Below are positions 46,001-56,963 of a stretch of DNA of 64,000 nt, in pieces. Numbering within the stretch: the first letter of the stretch is position 1; each line of letters opens with the position of its first letter. The notes below the pieces were generated by a model that was not told where the DNA came from, made no database searches, and saw only the letters and a program-made list of their open reading frames with translations. The position numbers and the translations under genes are program-made. The DNA is from Phoronis australis (taxonomy: Eukaryota; Animalia; Phoronida): NCBI GenBank assembly GCA_002633005.1, contig NMRA01000538.1, positions 124,001 to 188,000 of the forward strand, in the 5' to 3' direction.

Positions 46001-49000
46001 CGTGATAACAACAGACCAATACGAAGGCTGGAAAAACGACGTGTAGTCCTACACAAGGGAATAATGGAATAGACCAAGATGAGGGGGAAAAGGAGTAAGG
46101 CGGGTCCATATGCTCACATAAATATATTTAACGAGTGAAATACCATACATCATAACTTCTGGACCTACAGAGCCATGCACCTGGTAAACCTAAACAGCTG
46201 CTCAGGATGTGCATGGCTCAGCCCCACAGGGCAAATGCCTGTGGTTCAACCTGTGCAGTGTTTAATCACTTTTAATGGCTTTAATGACATGCCTTTCATC
46301 TGACTGGGGAAACAGTGGACGTGAGAGTACTGCATAGTTCTCGGTATGAGTGAGATGCTGGGAGGCAGCATTGGTTAAAAACAAGAACACTCTTTGAATA
46401 GACACCAATCCCCAGTAGAAAAAGCCAGGTGGCTCCGCAACACTGACAAATTTATTTTAAAAAAAGTCCCAGAAGTTGTAATTAATAATTTTTTTGCATC
46501 TAGTTATTCGCGTGGATGAATAATAATGTCCGTCGTCTAACTACATTTACATAATATTTTCACCTGCTGATCATGCCACTATCACTTTCCAGCAAAAGAA
46601 TATAAACAATGCAACCATTTGTTTTGCAAAGCAGTGACAGCTCATATTTTTCAAACAAAGCTCAAGGTTTTGGCTCAGAGCTTTTCAAACATGGCTCAAC
46701 ATTTCAAATATGGCTCAGTTTTATATACATGGCTCAATATTTCCAAACATAGCTCAGTACTTGTTGCAGCACCAGTTGCGAATACATACGTAAGCAAAAC
46801 ACTGATTTTTACAAAAGTCTAAAAAAATCCAGTTTCAGATATGTTTCAGGTACGTGTTATTTTTTGCAAAATGGCCTCTGCATTCATATCGTGTTGTTAA
46901 GTTCAAGATATAACATTGATGACCCTTAAAAAATGCAGACAAATTGCTAACAACTAATGTAAAAGTTTGGATAAGATAGATCACGCTTTCAATTACAAAA
47001 CACAAGCCTGGAGCTAAGATGAATACTAACTACACATCTTATGTTGCTGTACAGCAAGCAAACACGGAAAAGCAGATGCCTCTAGAGATGTCAAAATAAG
47101 ACTTACAGATTAGAACAATTCTACGTCAATAACTTTCAACACAGAAATCAATTAAACAGTGATCTGGAATGGACTACAAAGTGTATCCACAATTTCTACA
47201 TGTGTTAACATGCAGAAACCATGAAGCTTATGTCTCTAAAGTGGCTGCTGATAATTGAAATTAGACGCAGACCACTTAGACATAGCTTCTAGTGAAGATA
47301 ATTTCCTGTCATTTGTTTAGTTTACTTACCTTGAAGTCAATTTTTCTCAGATAATGATGGCGGGCTTCCTTTGGATCTTCCTAAAAATACGGATATTTGA
47401 GCAATTCATAAATGCACAGAAATTCTATGGATTGACCGACTTTTAAACTAGAGAAAAATGCTAAATTTAACTGTCAGACCTGCACATTTCTCATCAATTT
47501 CTCAACCACTGAATGTCTAACTTTTCATACATAAAGCATTTTTTACTTTGTTAATTACTAGTACCAAATGAAGGCACATAACAGATTTAGAAAAAACAAG
47601 ATTGTTACACACAAAAAAGATTGCTCTGTAAATTTCATTTGAGAAAAGTTTTTGTAGATGTCACTTGTGTGAGCTTGTCATACATAAATGCCATCCAGTG
47701 TAGGAGGTACCCTAGAACAAGTTACTCTTGGAACCAGTTGTCACCAGGTTTATTAGTGGATGCTACTGTTGCACTGGGAGAACTATAGGCACATGTTTGA
47801 AAACCCCACAATTACTAATGTAGGATAACTTGTTCTAAAGCAACTTGCCCATGCTGTAGTGTGGATGCAAACCTACAGACAATGCAGAAGTAATTACCAG
47901 CTGTGCACTTGCTCAGTTAGACAAAGGGGTGTCTTACTCTTTGTGGATAGTGCACAGTGCGTAGTGTAGATGCCAGACTGTCACCAGGGGCACGGTGCTC
48001 TAAGGGCAAGTTGTTCTAGGGTAACTTTATAGTGTGGATACGACTTTGGTCTTAACCTGCACCAAACTGAGGCAAATTATGAGAAAATTTGTGGGTGCAT
48101 ATCTTGTACTAGTAAACAGATTACTGTGAACGCAGGCATCCTTTTATGTTAATGGTACCATCAATTTNNNNNNNNNNNNNNNNNNNNNNNNNNNNNNNNN
48201 NNNNNNNNNNNNNNNNNNNNNNNNNNNNNNNNNNNNNNNNNNNNNNNNNNNNNNNNNNNNNNNNNNNNNNNNNNNNNNNNNNNCGTGTTATTTTTTGCAA
48301 AATGGCCTCTGCATTCATATCGTGTTGTTTAGTTCAAGATATAACATTGATGACCCTTAAAAAATGCAGACAAATTGCTAACAACTAATGTAAAAGTTTG
48401 GATAAGATAGATCACGCTTTCAATTACAAAACACAAGCCTGGAGCTAAGATGAATACTAACTACACATCTTATGTTGCTGTACAGCAAGCAAACACGGAA
48501 AAGCAGATGCCTCTAGAGATGTCAAAATGAGACTTACAGATTAGAACAATTCTACGTCAATAACTTTCAACACAGAAATCAATTAAACAGTGATCTGGAA
48601 TGGACTACAAAGTGTATCCACAATTTCTACATGTGTTAACATGCAGAAACCATGAAGCTTATGTCTCTAAAGTGGCTGCTGATAATTAAAATTAGACGCA
48701 GACCACTTAGACATAGCTTCTAGTGAAGATAATTTCCTGTCATTTGTTTAGTTTACTTACCTTGAAGTCAATTTTTCTCAGATAATGATGGCGGGCTTCC
48801 TTTGGATCTTCCTAAAAATACGGATATTTGAGCAATTCATAAATGCACAGAAATTCTATGGATTGACCGACTTTTAAACTAGAGAAAAATGCTAAATTTA
48901 ACTGTCAGACCTGCACATTTCTCATCAATTTCTCAACCACTGAATGTCTAACTTTTCATACATAAAGCATTTTTTACTTTGTTAATTACTAGTACCAAAT

Positions 49001-52000
49001 GAAGGCACATAACAGATTTAGAAAAAACAAGATTGTTACACACAAAAAAGATTGCTCTGTAAATTTCATTTGAGAAAAGTTTTTGTAGATGTCACTTGTG
49101 TGAGCTTGTCATACATAAATGCCATCCAGTGTAGGAGGTACCCTAGAACAAGTTACTCTTGGAACCAGTTGTCACCAGGTTTATTAATGGATGCTACTGT
49201 TGCACTGGGAGAACTATAGGCACATGTTTGAAAACCCCACAATTACTAATGTAGGATAACTTGTTCTAAAGCAACTTGCCCATGCTGTAGTGTGGATGCA
49301 AACCTACAGACAATGCAGAAGTAATTACCAGCTGTGCACTTGCTCAGTTAGACAAAGGGGTGTCTTACTCTTTGTGGATAGTGCACAGTGCGTAGTGTAG
49401 ATGCCAGACTGTCACCAGGGGCACGGTGCTCTAAGGGCAAGTTGTTCTAGGGTAACTTTATAGTGTGGATACGACTTTGGTCTTAACCTGCACCAAACTG
49501 AGGCAAATTATGAGAAAATTTGTGGGTGCATATCTTGTACTAGTAAACAGATTACTGTGAACGCAGGCATCCTTTTATGTTAATGGTACCATCAATTTGA
49601 ATCATAGCACTTCAACACATTTTACAGTAACAATGGCATATGGGTAATACAACTTATTGGCTGCAAAATGGCAAAACAGGAACGCTGCCTGTGGAATCAG
49701 AACTATCCAATTAACAGTGGCATCCAAATGAAGAATTGAACACTCATGATATTGACCATCATTTCCCCATAACAGACTGGCTGCAAGGCATCTCTGTGAC
49801 ATTTAACAAAACAAACTGTGCAAAACATTGAAACAATTATGACTAGTTTTTAAACTTCAGTTTTTGGAAAACTGCTAATTTTGTTGCCTTTTTCTGATAA
49901 GTAATGCCATTCCAATACGTGAGTAATGGCATAGATTTGTAAACATCATGAAGAGAGTCAATGAACTACAAAACATGTCCATGTTAATTATTTTTGACTG
50001 AAAAATATGAAAATAATTTGACTCAAAAGTAGGCAACATTTGGACTGTAGTGAACATTAAAACCACTATAGATAAGTGAGAATCTGTTCAAAAGACACAC
50101 TAAATTTGTGTTTCTAAGCAGATATGAATGAAACAACTATTGGGTTTGAATTCAGTCATATACGCAAACTGCGAATGATAATGGCAGAGTGCGAGCAAGA
50201 TCATTATCTTGCTTGATCTCTGAAAAACAACATAATGACTTCAATGCCAGAGGGTCATACACTGTAGGTGGGCAGTTTCCTCTGACGTGTGACTTAAATA
50301 CGAAAGCAATGAAATACTATGTTTTCTAATTGTTTCTTGACAAGCAAACTGACCTCAAAATTTCTTTGCCATTACAGAAATTAGTTTATACCATCAAAAA
50401 TAATGAAGAGATTACCTGCCATCGATATAAAGCATGTCAATGGTAGGTGACCCTCTTGAATTGGCACAATTTTTGAAAGGTTGCTTTATCTCGTCAAACC
50501 TGGTGTTTTTTGTCAGTCTTGTTTATTTGTTGATTCCCCTAATGTTCTATTCCAGCTAAGGAAATGTACAATACATGTTTGATGTGGTTGAAAACCCTGG
50601 TTTATCATTTGCATTTTCGACACTGAGTAACGAGGTTAACTTCACATTAATAACAGATTATCGGATTCATCATTATGTTAACTCACCTCAATGAGTCCAT
50701 TCTTCACAAACTTGAGTCTGATTTTCACTACAAAGATGTCAACTAGGTAGATGACGTCTGCCGTGTAATCACAGACCAACCAGTAGATCAGGTTGTCATC
50801 AGTCTGGTAGGGGAACGAAGACCTCAATGCAATCACTGTCACGTTGTACATGTATGCCAGTGTAACCAGGAACAGCCAGAATAAGTATGCGTAACCTGTT
50901 AAAGGAGTTGTCGGCAGCAATTGAAAAAAGGATCTTACAAATGGAACTTAGTGAGGCACTGTGACCGCATGGTCACAATATCCACAACACTTACTGACAC
51001 CTTCCTGCATTAGTGAAAGAACTTTCATTTCTCAGCATGCATACAGTTAACGATTAAAGCAATCAAACAAAATACCATTCCCCGCCACGACGACTAATTC
51101 TGTTAATAGCAAAAATGACTGGTAAAAACTACCAGGTTGCAAAATTTTAATTACAGAATGGCTTAGTCTGACCTTACTGACTAATTCAACTTCATTCTCG
51201 GTCATCAGGTAAGACTACTCTGATGTTTGGCTCGGTTTCCGACCAGTCATCATGACGGGGAATTCTGGGTCATTTCATCTGAATACATTTGGATTGTACT
51301 GTGTGTAGCCAACTTAAGGTAAATACTGTCTTGTAACTCCATGAAAAGGCCCAGGCCCGAGGGTTTTGCCAAAGGAGGGTTATAATTAGTAATGTCTCAC
51401 TTAAACTTTTTTGTCACTCGATTTGACGCTTGTGTAGGATATCTTCAAAAATTACCTTTTGATGTGAAAACGGTTTTCATTAATCTTGACATTTTGCACG
51501 AGAATAAATTGTCACCATGTTACGAAGAGATCAATAGAGTTCAGGCTCCATATGACAAGTTGACATTAACACATGAAAGAGTACCTTCTTCAAATCAAAA
51601 GGTAAGAATTGTTGTCTGGATGAATACTTTTGGCAGACCTTTTTTGACCAAAACCCCAACTGAATAGAAAACTAATAATGTCATTCCTATTCACATTAAT
51701 CGCAAAATATTCGCCCAAGCTCATTTTCCCACATTTTCTGTTAAAGTCATGTAGGACCCTAGAAAAATGTTCAAATTTGGCCAACTTCGGAACATCACGC
51801 GTCTCAGAAATGAACGCCGAATTCATAGTTTACGTCAAGCATCCACATACTACTGGTATGCCTTATGCAATGTTCTCTGAACCACAGTCCTGAATTGTTT
51901 TTAAAATGTTCCAACGGGACTATCAAAAATACGATTTCTACGATTTTCATGAAAAAACTTACATGCAAAAAAAACTAAATGATATTTAAAAAAACGTAAC

Positions 52001-55000
52001 CGCATTTTTGAGTTGTCATTTTGAACATTTACATGTGACTATATAACAAGAAAAATTTTGTTATTGATATCATTTTTGCCATTAACGTACTCAGATTGAT
52101 TAAAAAAGAAAACAAGAAAAATGCAGAGCATCGAAATGCCCTCACGAATGCACCGCAAACGATGTGCTTCTAGGGGTGTTTATTTGGAACATAAAAATGG
52201 CCACTAGAAGGCGCAAAATACGTCAAATCCATCTGAAAACTGGTATGTGTCATCAAGGCTGTATACCAAATTTCAGAACTTCTGGGAAACCGAGGAAACC
52301 AAAAAAAAATGAAATTGCTACTAGGAGGCTATAGACGCAAAAAACATAACTGCCACTAAGAAGCACCACGGTAGATGAAGTCATCGGAAAATCATCGTCA
52401 GACTTCCTCTTTACATTAGGAACATTCATGCCAATTTCCACAACCATCCTCAGAGTGGTTTGGGTGACAGAGGGGCAGACGCCAAATAACAGGACTCGAA
52501 AACAGTAAAAATGGCCACTAGGTAGTGCAAAATACCACAAATCAAACCAAAAACCAATGAATAGCATCAGCTCACTAATAGATGCCTATCTGCCAAATTT
52601 TATGAAAATCCGTTGAGGACCTTGAAAGATACAGAGGTAAAATTAAAAACTAAAAAAGCCACTATGAGGACACAGGTAGTCCCATTCATCTGAAAGACGT
52701 GGTCGTTTGTCAAGTTCATATAAATACACTTGCTTAATTTATAAAGATTCTGCAGAGNGCACCACAGTAGATGAAGTCATCGGAAAATCGTCAGACTTCC
52801 TCTTTACATTAGGAACATACATGCCAATTTCCACAACCATCCTCAGAGTGGTTTGGGTGACAGAGGGGCAGACGCCAAATAACAGGACTCGAAAACAGTA
52901 AAAATGGCCACCAGGTAGTGCAAAATACCACAAATCAAACCAAAAACCAATGAATAGCATCAGCTCACTAATAGATGCCTATCTGCCAAATTTTATGAAA
53001 ATCCGTTGAGGACCTTGAAAGATACAGAGGTAAAATTAAAAACTAAAAAAGCCACTATGAGGACACCGGTAGTCCCATTCATCTGAAAGACGTGGTCGTT
53101 TGTCAAGTTCATATAAATACACTTGCTTAATTTATAAAGATTCTGCAGAGGGTTTCGGAGATACAGCCATGGGCGTAAAAAGCTGCCACTAGGAGACGTC
53201 ACAGTTGTCAAGGTTGTTGGAAAATCATCGTCAGCCCTCCTCTTCACATTAGGAACATACATGCCAATTTTCACAATCATCCTTAGAGTGGTTTGGTTTA
53301 CAGAGGGGCAGATGCCAAAAAACAGACTCGAAAACAGTCAAAATGGCCACTAGGTGGCGCAAAATGTCTCGAATTCAACTGAAAACGGGACGATAGTGTC
53401 TCCTCACTAATAGATTCCAATTTTCTGAAAATCCGGTGACGACCTTTGAAGATACAGAGGTAAACGTAAAAAACTAAAATTGATACTAGGGGATACACCA
53501 GCAAAATTCAATAAAGATCCTGTTGAGCGTTTAGGAGATAAAGCCATGGGCCCAAAAACAAAACAGCCACTAGGAGGCGCCACAGTATTTGAAGTCTTCG
53601 GAAAATCATCGTCAGCTGTTTTCTTCACAGTAAGAACATATATGCCAATTTTCAAAATCATCCCTAGAGCAGTTTGACTGTTAGAAGGGCGGACGTCAAA
53701 AAACAGCCACTGGGTGGTGCAAAGTACATCGAATCTGTCCGAATACGTGAGGATGGCATCATCTCACTCATAGATGACTAAATGCCAAATTTTATGAAAA
53801 TCTGTTGAGGACCTCCGAAGATACAGAGGTAAGCGTAAAAAACTAAAATTGCCACTAGGGGGCACACCAGTAGTCAAAGAGGTCCGAAATTCATTGTCTT
53901 CTGCCGTCAGCTTTATAAGAACACATCTGCCAAATCTCATTAAGATCCTGTGAAGGGTTTAGGAGATAAAGCTGTGGGCGCATAAAAATCAAATTCTACA
54001 AGCTTTCCACTTTCAGAAATATCTGTACTTTTACTGAGTTAAAGGAGAATGCCACCCGATTTAATTAGTCTTCTTTACCATCTTAATTGGAATCCACATC
54101 ACCTCTAATACGATCGACCTCACCTTGCCGAGAGGTGTCGCGTTTACCTGTGAAGAAGGTGAGAAACAACGCAGCAACGTAAGTGGTTCGTCTGCAGAGT
54201 GAATGCCACTATATTGCGGTGCATCGTTCCCGCTTGTCCGAACTATAAAGCTGCGAAGAAAGACTGAGGGTATACCGTTTTTTCGATTTCCTCGAGAGCC
54301 CGAAATGCTTAGAAGTGGCTCGCTGTAGTGAAGAATGAAAGGTACGCTGTTATTATAGCAAGCAAGAGGCCGTGAAACATCTCCGTGTCTGTGGCTGGCA
54401 TTTCGTCAACAGTGATTTCTCTGATGAATTCCGGCTTACCAAAGAACTTAATCCATACATTCCGTTGCCTGTGCATGTTCACGGCGCTTCTCTAGTATTT
54501 CTTGATCAGTGTATTCAGGTTCCAACTGCTGTCTAAATCGATGCATTATAAAAGAAATTAGCCAATAGATTTTCTTCATCAGTATTTAAACTAAGCCACA
54601 AGCATTAATTTGTAAATTGATCAGTCACTTTATGGCTTAGGCGTTGGGTTAACAAAACCCCTGTTAGCGTAGAATTTGTTTCATGAATGTATCTACTAAT
54701 GGGCATACTTCCGGCTCAATACTGCTTTGCAGCCATTTCAAACAATACTTAGTGCATTCTCATTTCTTAAAATCTGCAGCTCTTACTGCGTATAGTTCAG
54801 AATGTGACGAACTCATCAAGATATTAACAGCCTAGTCCAATTACTTACGATCACATTTAGTAATTAATTTCTAACCCAGCAAACCAAATCCTTGACCATC
54901 TTGCACAAAAATAATGTTTATAGTCGTGTGACTTAGTGTTTTGTTCTAAAATTGAAATTTTTATGGGGATCGCCACAACTTCTACAAACGGGAAACTCTT

Positions 55001-56963
55001 TAAGTGAAATTTCCAGATTCTGTTTCTTTATTTCACTTGTTTCACAAAAGCATGTCTGGAACTTTCTGAGTTATCAATTTTGACACAGCTTTTTAATTTA
55101 AATGGCCTCATCAGAAAATCTCAGACATACTTTTGAAACTATTGGCAAAGCAAAGCAGACTTTGGAAGTAGTGATAATCCAAGTCAACATGATTTCATGA
55201 AAAAACAGACTGTAGGATGCAAGAAAAATGTCCAGTTTGGTTAACATCATAACATATCTCATAAATGACTGATCGTATACATAACAAAACTTTTAGATAT
55301 TGTACATCGTGCACTATTTTCCTAAACGGTATTAAGAATTGTTCTAAAATGTTCTTCTTTTGCATGATCAAATATATAGGACTTATGATGCAATTTTCAT
55401 GAACACTAACGTAATCACAGGCTGCATAATACGAAAACAAACTGACATTTCAGAAAACTGTTTAACAGCAGTTTTGAGAACTCGCATTGAATAATTATAT
55501 AAAATAAAATGTGATTTATTTTTATACTATCATTTTGGTACCGGTACCGAATCTGTTTTTCTTTTTTGGTAAATTTTACTAAAACGTCACCAGGTCATGT
55601 GACCCAATTAATGGCAGATTGGTTAAAAGTAAAAATCAAACTCTACAGACTTTCTGCTTTTGCCGAGTTAAAATAAATAATTTAGTTTGTAGATGTTGCG
55701 CTAAATGTGCAAACTCAGACCAAAAAGGTCCTACATAACCTTTTAAACTCTTTCAACCAAAACAATAATGCTGAATTACTACATTCAACCCCTTAGAGCA
55801 TATTCTATGGGCAAGACAAAAATCAGTGCAGAGTCCTGGATTCCCGTGCTATATAAAAATACAAGACCACCTTTTATAAACGAGGACTTTGTATTTGCTG
55901 GATATTTCGATCTCCGGGGAGGAACTAATTATGAAATTAAAAGATGACAAAACCAGCTCTCTGTGAACAGACCAAGACAGCATTTTCTATTACAATTCCA
56001 ATCCTTTTAGCATAGAATCAATTATCAGATTAACGTGCATTTTGAGAAAGCAGCGCGGCCTAGTGGGATAAGTGTCTGCTAGCTTCCTTTACTGAAGGTC
56101 GTGGGTTCAAGTCCCACTTGGGCACACTGCTAAACCCTTGACGACTCAGGTATATAACTTCTCAGCTTTGTTTTAACTATATATAAACAAAGCGTAAAAA
56201 TGGTTCCAGGAGATCAGTGCAATGGGCCCACATGAGCGGCATGTCCACATCTGGTGCAATGTGTACCAGGCCTCCAGCAATTCTTTTTTGCACGTCCATT
56301 TTAAAAATTATTTTCAAATCATGTCTACTCAGTTTGGAGAATTTCAAATATTTGTATAACTATTTGATCAAATCAAAGAGTCTACTGGAACTACAGTACA
56401 AATTCTCCAATTTGAGACAGTCTCTAAAATTTGGGATACCGAAATTCAAGAATTTCCTCGATTCTGAAGATTGGAAAATGGTGTATTTTGGCATTCATCG
56501 TATTTAGCAATTACGCGACAGTTTTGTAATGAACATACTATACGAATTGGCTTAGCAATTAATAAAATAGTCGAAAAAGCCACCAATTTAACATGTTTAT
56601 ACATCCTTATAGTGTGTTGATAGCTTGTTTTGATCATAATTCTTGAATTTTGGACAGTCAACGTTGTATATTTCAAGAATTTGGTAAAATGTCCAACGTC
56701 AAGCAAAATTAATTATCACTGTCTCAAAACTAGAGAATTTTAGCATTCTGTGTGACAATAAACAACCAATAAAAACATGCCATACTTACCATTCGGATCA
56801 AAAGTCTTGGGGATCTTAAACTTTGTGAAGAAGGCAGGCACCCTGCATTTCAGCCTTCCACAGGAACAATAATTCTCCACTTTACAATCATTTCTGCTGC
56901 CCATTCTAGACTCCATGTGTACGTAGGAGTCTAACCGGTGTCTTTGAACAGCTGGAGGCTCGG
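15546..56963 (-). CDS. CNGB1: Cyclic nucleotide-gated cation channel beta subunit (CNGB1/CNGB3/TAX-2 family); 5' end unresolved
   Basis: Phase-consistent exons, 5' to 3': 56963-56790, 50895-50687, 48811-48761, 38626-38475, 36563-36441, 35829-35688, 34555-34396, 31666-31485, 30421-30309, [24247-24101 or 20724-20578], 20149-20026, 17564-17400, 16778-16685, 16081-15546. Contains S1-S6, pore [11 protein letters not shown] without the alpha-subunit Glu, C-linker [16 protein letters not shown], and CNBD FGEISLL...NRRTA. The symbol marks the family, not 1:1 orthology. Confidence 0.93.
16685..16778 (-). CDS. CNGB1: CNGB acidic tail exon
   Basis: tttaag|[31 protein letters not shown](G)|gttggt; phase 0-1 bridges the neighbouring exons; splice sites are weaker. 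Confidence 0.65.
16950..17035. repeat. Degenerate (AAT/AAC)n microsatellite
   Basis: aataacaataacaattataacaatactaataataataaaactaacaacag...; accounts for the spurious Ile/Thr-rich ORF. Confidence 0.8.
17400..17564 (-). CDS. CNGB1: CNGB C-terminal tail exon
   Basis: ttgtag|[17 protein letters not shown]...[10 protein letters not shown]|gtaggt; 165 nt, phase 0-0. Confidence 0.75.
17840..18760 (-). mobile_element. Old, degraded copy of the GCCACTAG-motif repeat family (HINE-like)
   Basis: Shares tctaggggtgtt, aaaattgccactag and tttcatgaaaatc motifs with 43021-44499 and 52110-53985; boundaries approximate. Confidence 0.55.
20026..20149 (-). CDS. CNGB1: CNGB exon, end of C-helix and post-CNBD
   Basis: ttgtag|[41 protein letters not shown]|gtgtgt; phase 2-0; TPKL motif as recalled from CNGB tails. 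Confidence 0.85.
20578..20724 (-). CDS. CNGB1: CNGB alternative CNBD exon B (phosphate-binding cassette, B- and C-helix)
   Basis: tatttcag|[48 protein letters not shown](K)|gtacgt; 147 nt, phase 2-2. Confidence 0.92.
21884..21995. repeat. 57-bp tandem duplication
   Basis: gtacaggcgaggtccagatgaccgg(t/g)ccactattatgcacaacgctatgctagag at 21884 and 21941. Confidence 0.92.
22593..22730. repeat. Dispersed repeat fragment, second copy at ~56400-56525
   Basis: Shared cagtctctaaaatttg...gattctgaagat...cattcatcgtattt. Other old dispersed pairs seen: ~19015-19175/41113-41265, ~23072-23255/31743-31930, ~32024-32362/40148-40441, ~36920-37035/55570-55672. Confidence 0.7.
24101..24247 (-). CDS. CNGB1: CNGB alternative CNBD exon A (phosphate-binding cassette, B- and C-helix)
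   Basis: gttttcag|[48 protein letters not shown](Q)|gtaggg; 147 nt, phase 2-2, no stops; absent from the ORF track. Confidence 0.88.
27121..29184 (+). CDS. TRIM-NHL E3 ubiquitin ligase (TRIM2/3/71-like architecture), uninterrupted ORF nested antisense in a CNGB intron
   Basis: 687 aa: C3HC4 RING (CQIC...[11 protein letters not shown]...CPTCR), B-box (CKTH...[18 protein letters not shown]), coiled coil, degenerate filamin repeat ([14 protein letters not shown]), NHL repeats ([40 protein letters not shown]). Acceptor-like tttttcaag just before the ATG; AATAAA at 29200-29205. Confidence 0.93.
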   Translation: MSASEHDSPFLSCQICFEVYDSECHQPKLLPCHHGYCKQCIAELVSHHKHFQCPTCRRKIELPRGGVDDLQTNFYVEDIGKILDSVSPETCKTHPGQALVSFCASCQVALCYECTRTEHKESKQHVHRSINDVRVDLEQKIREKLVTISEEAKNTHQGLTHLAKCKEQLLHDKLRAEQEIDLRYREAAKEILAAIKARWLAVKKENEELYQSKIIELTTQIKNCEEKLLSLENITEAFNSAVRDRKHSSVLNIASKHGALYSVDNLLKKETFSKTVPKLRFNEGIWLYAAKQLLRSAGQMLKENQLGVVVPPEKMDITTHPKPGLVCSVNFHLSKKADVSIFIEDSVDDPIDYSLDQQGKFFGVQFIPQMAGAHHMVIKHGGSVIQGGDITINVESNDPLLIVNSTLNVAASFHRPRCVALDGQMNVYVADMGNNCVKKVNINAGYSSINFCNTPSFDIAIDCLANELLCTKVRTDQSQTGWSNAVEIYSLDGTLQSIIENQLASRSLWVAVNSQHHILTSDSNEHVIFVHNRQGKLLKTIGRQGSKVGKFSGPAGICIGPNDDIIIADRGNKRVQILDSEGQFKTQIGCAGTGKGEFLCPISVAVDRQNMIIVSDWKCNKIQIFKYDGTFVACIDSSGDILNGPTGMALTNDGEVFVADCKNHCVKKYRYQDSPGKSLIPDQCCVS
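30309..30421 (-). CDS. CNGB1: CNGB exon, CNBD beta-roll
   Basis: ggccag|[37 protein letters not shown](S)|gtgagc; ends in phase 2. Confidence 0.95.
31485..31666 (-). CDS. CNGB1: CNGB exon, C-linker to start of CNBD
   Basis: ttgcag|[60 protein letters not shown]|gtaggc. Confidence 0.96.
31840..34631. repeat. ~1.4-kb near-identical tandem duplication joined at a single N (probable uncollapsed haplotypes)
   Basis: 31840-33235 vs 33237-34631, N at 33236; scattered intronic substitutions and a small indel; exon copies identical. Confidence 0.9.
34396..34555 (-). CDS. CNGB1: CNGB exon, C-linker (identical second copy at 33000-33159)
   Basis: tttcag|[53 protein letters not shown](D)|gtaggt; 160 nt. 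Confidence 0.93.
35688..35829 (-). CDS. CNGB1: CNGB exon, pore and S6
   Basis: tcacag|[47 protein letters not shown]|gtaagg; absent from the ORF track. Confidence 0.95.
36441..36563 (-). CDS. CNGB1: CNGB exon, S5
   Basis: cactag|[40 protein letters not shown](A)|gtgagt; absent from the ORF track. Confidence 0.93.
38475..38626 (-). CDS. CNGB1: CNGB exon, S3-S4
   Basis: ttccag|[50 protein letters not shown](R)|gtgagt. Confidence 0.95.
38746..40145. mobile_element. Non-autonomous TIR element rich in GTGAGAAT/ATTCTCAC subterminal repeats, with nested insertion
   Basis: Perfect 22-bp inverted repeat tcactggattccagttagattc (38772-38793) / gaatctaactggaatccagtga (40098-40119); segment ~38883-39242 is an inverted copy of ~45690-46146. 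Confidence 0.7.
42165..42305. mobile_element. Small MITE-like palindromic element
   Basis: cgttcagtagacgctaggaccta...gctaaaa pairs with ttttagctaggtcctagcgttactgaacg; left arm has a duplicated cgctaggaccta. Confidence 0.65.
43021..44499 (-). mobile_element. HINE/DINE-1-like element with internal ~450-bp higher-order tandem repeat
   Basis: On the minus strand it starts tttttatgtgcccacatat...tatgtggacgcat (inverted repeat) followed by a (GTCC)-type microsatellite at 44405-44450, and ends gtgggtgcat...CTTGT at ~43021; internal ~150-bp monomers each contain GCCACTAG. Confidence 0.7.
45209..46146. mobile_element. Dispersed repeat forming a ~160-bp inverted repeat
   Basis: 45209-45366 is the reverse complement of 45688-45845 with few mismatches; the right arm extends to ~46146 and recurs inverted at ~38883-39242. 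Confidence 0.75.
46853..49598. repeat. ~1.3-kb near-identical duplication flanking an N gap (probable assembly artefact)
   Basis: 46853-48167 equals 48284-49598 (offset 1431) with only a few substitutions; gap at 48168-48283. Confidence 0.92.
48761..48811 (-). CDS. CNGB1: CNGB exon, S2-S3 loop (identical second copy at 47330-47380)
   Basis: ttttag|[17 protein letters not shown]|gtaagt; 51 nt, phase 0-0. Confidence 0.9.
50687..50895 (-). CDS. CNGB1: CNGB exon, S1-S2
   Basis: [69 protein letters not shown]|gtgagt. Confidence 0.95.
51080..51305. repeat. Short dispersed MITE-like family
   Basis: Imperfect IR cccgccacgacgac/gtcatcatgacggg; related pieces (gcaaaaatgactgg; ggaatt...ctgaatac) at ~6429, ~9360-9680 and ~25995-26175. 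Confidence 0.55.
52110..53985 (-). mobile_element. Second copy of the HINE-like GCCACTAG repeat family
   Basis: Same aacaag...gcagagc...gaaatgc end and ~150-bp monomers as 43021-44499; contains an N-junction duplication (52363-52757 / 52759-53150). Confidence 0.7.
54039..54480 (+). mobile_element. Decayed THAP-domain transposon fragment (Kolobok-like)
   Basis: Frameshifted THAP motifs CIVPACPN (54220), [28 protein letters not shown] (C at 54390, H at 54399); TTAA+AGG at 54039. Confidence 0.65.
56050..56160 (+). mobile_element. tRNA-derived SINE head / tRNA pseudogene
   Basis: A-box-like GGCCTAGTGG (56057-56066), B-box GGTTCAAGTCC within a perfect T-arm gtggg-TTCAAGT-cccac (56101-56117); no pairable acceptor or anticodon stems. 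Confidence 0.65.
56790..56963 (-). CDS. CNGB1: CNGB exon, pre-S1 region
   Basis: Polypyrimidine tract + gcag|[12 protein letters not shown]...[10 protein letters not shown](G)|gtaagt; 174 nt, phase 1-1; P..xDP motif precedes S1 in CNG channels. Confidence 0.85.

Noticed and set aside
47690-48045. Palindromic ctagaacaa/ttgttctag and tagtgtggat repeats as a structured RNA
   Set aside because: The pattern fits an old MITE with internal repeats; its second occurrence comes from the assembly duplication.
47330-48811. Duplicated 51-nt S2-S3 exon
   Set aside because: Part of a near-identical 1.3-kb block repeated on either side of an N gap; scaffold overlap artefact.
52363-53150. ~390-bp tandem duplication giving twin ORFs ([11 protein letters not shown]...)
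   Set aside because: Junction is a single N (52758) inside a repeat element; the ORFs are translations of repeat sequence.
56050-56125. Functional tRNA gene
   Set aside because: Only the A/B boxes and T-arm are preserved; acceptor and anticodon stems do not pair and no T-run terminator follows directly.
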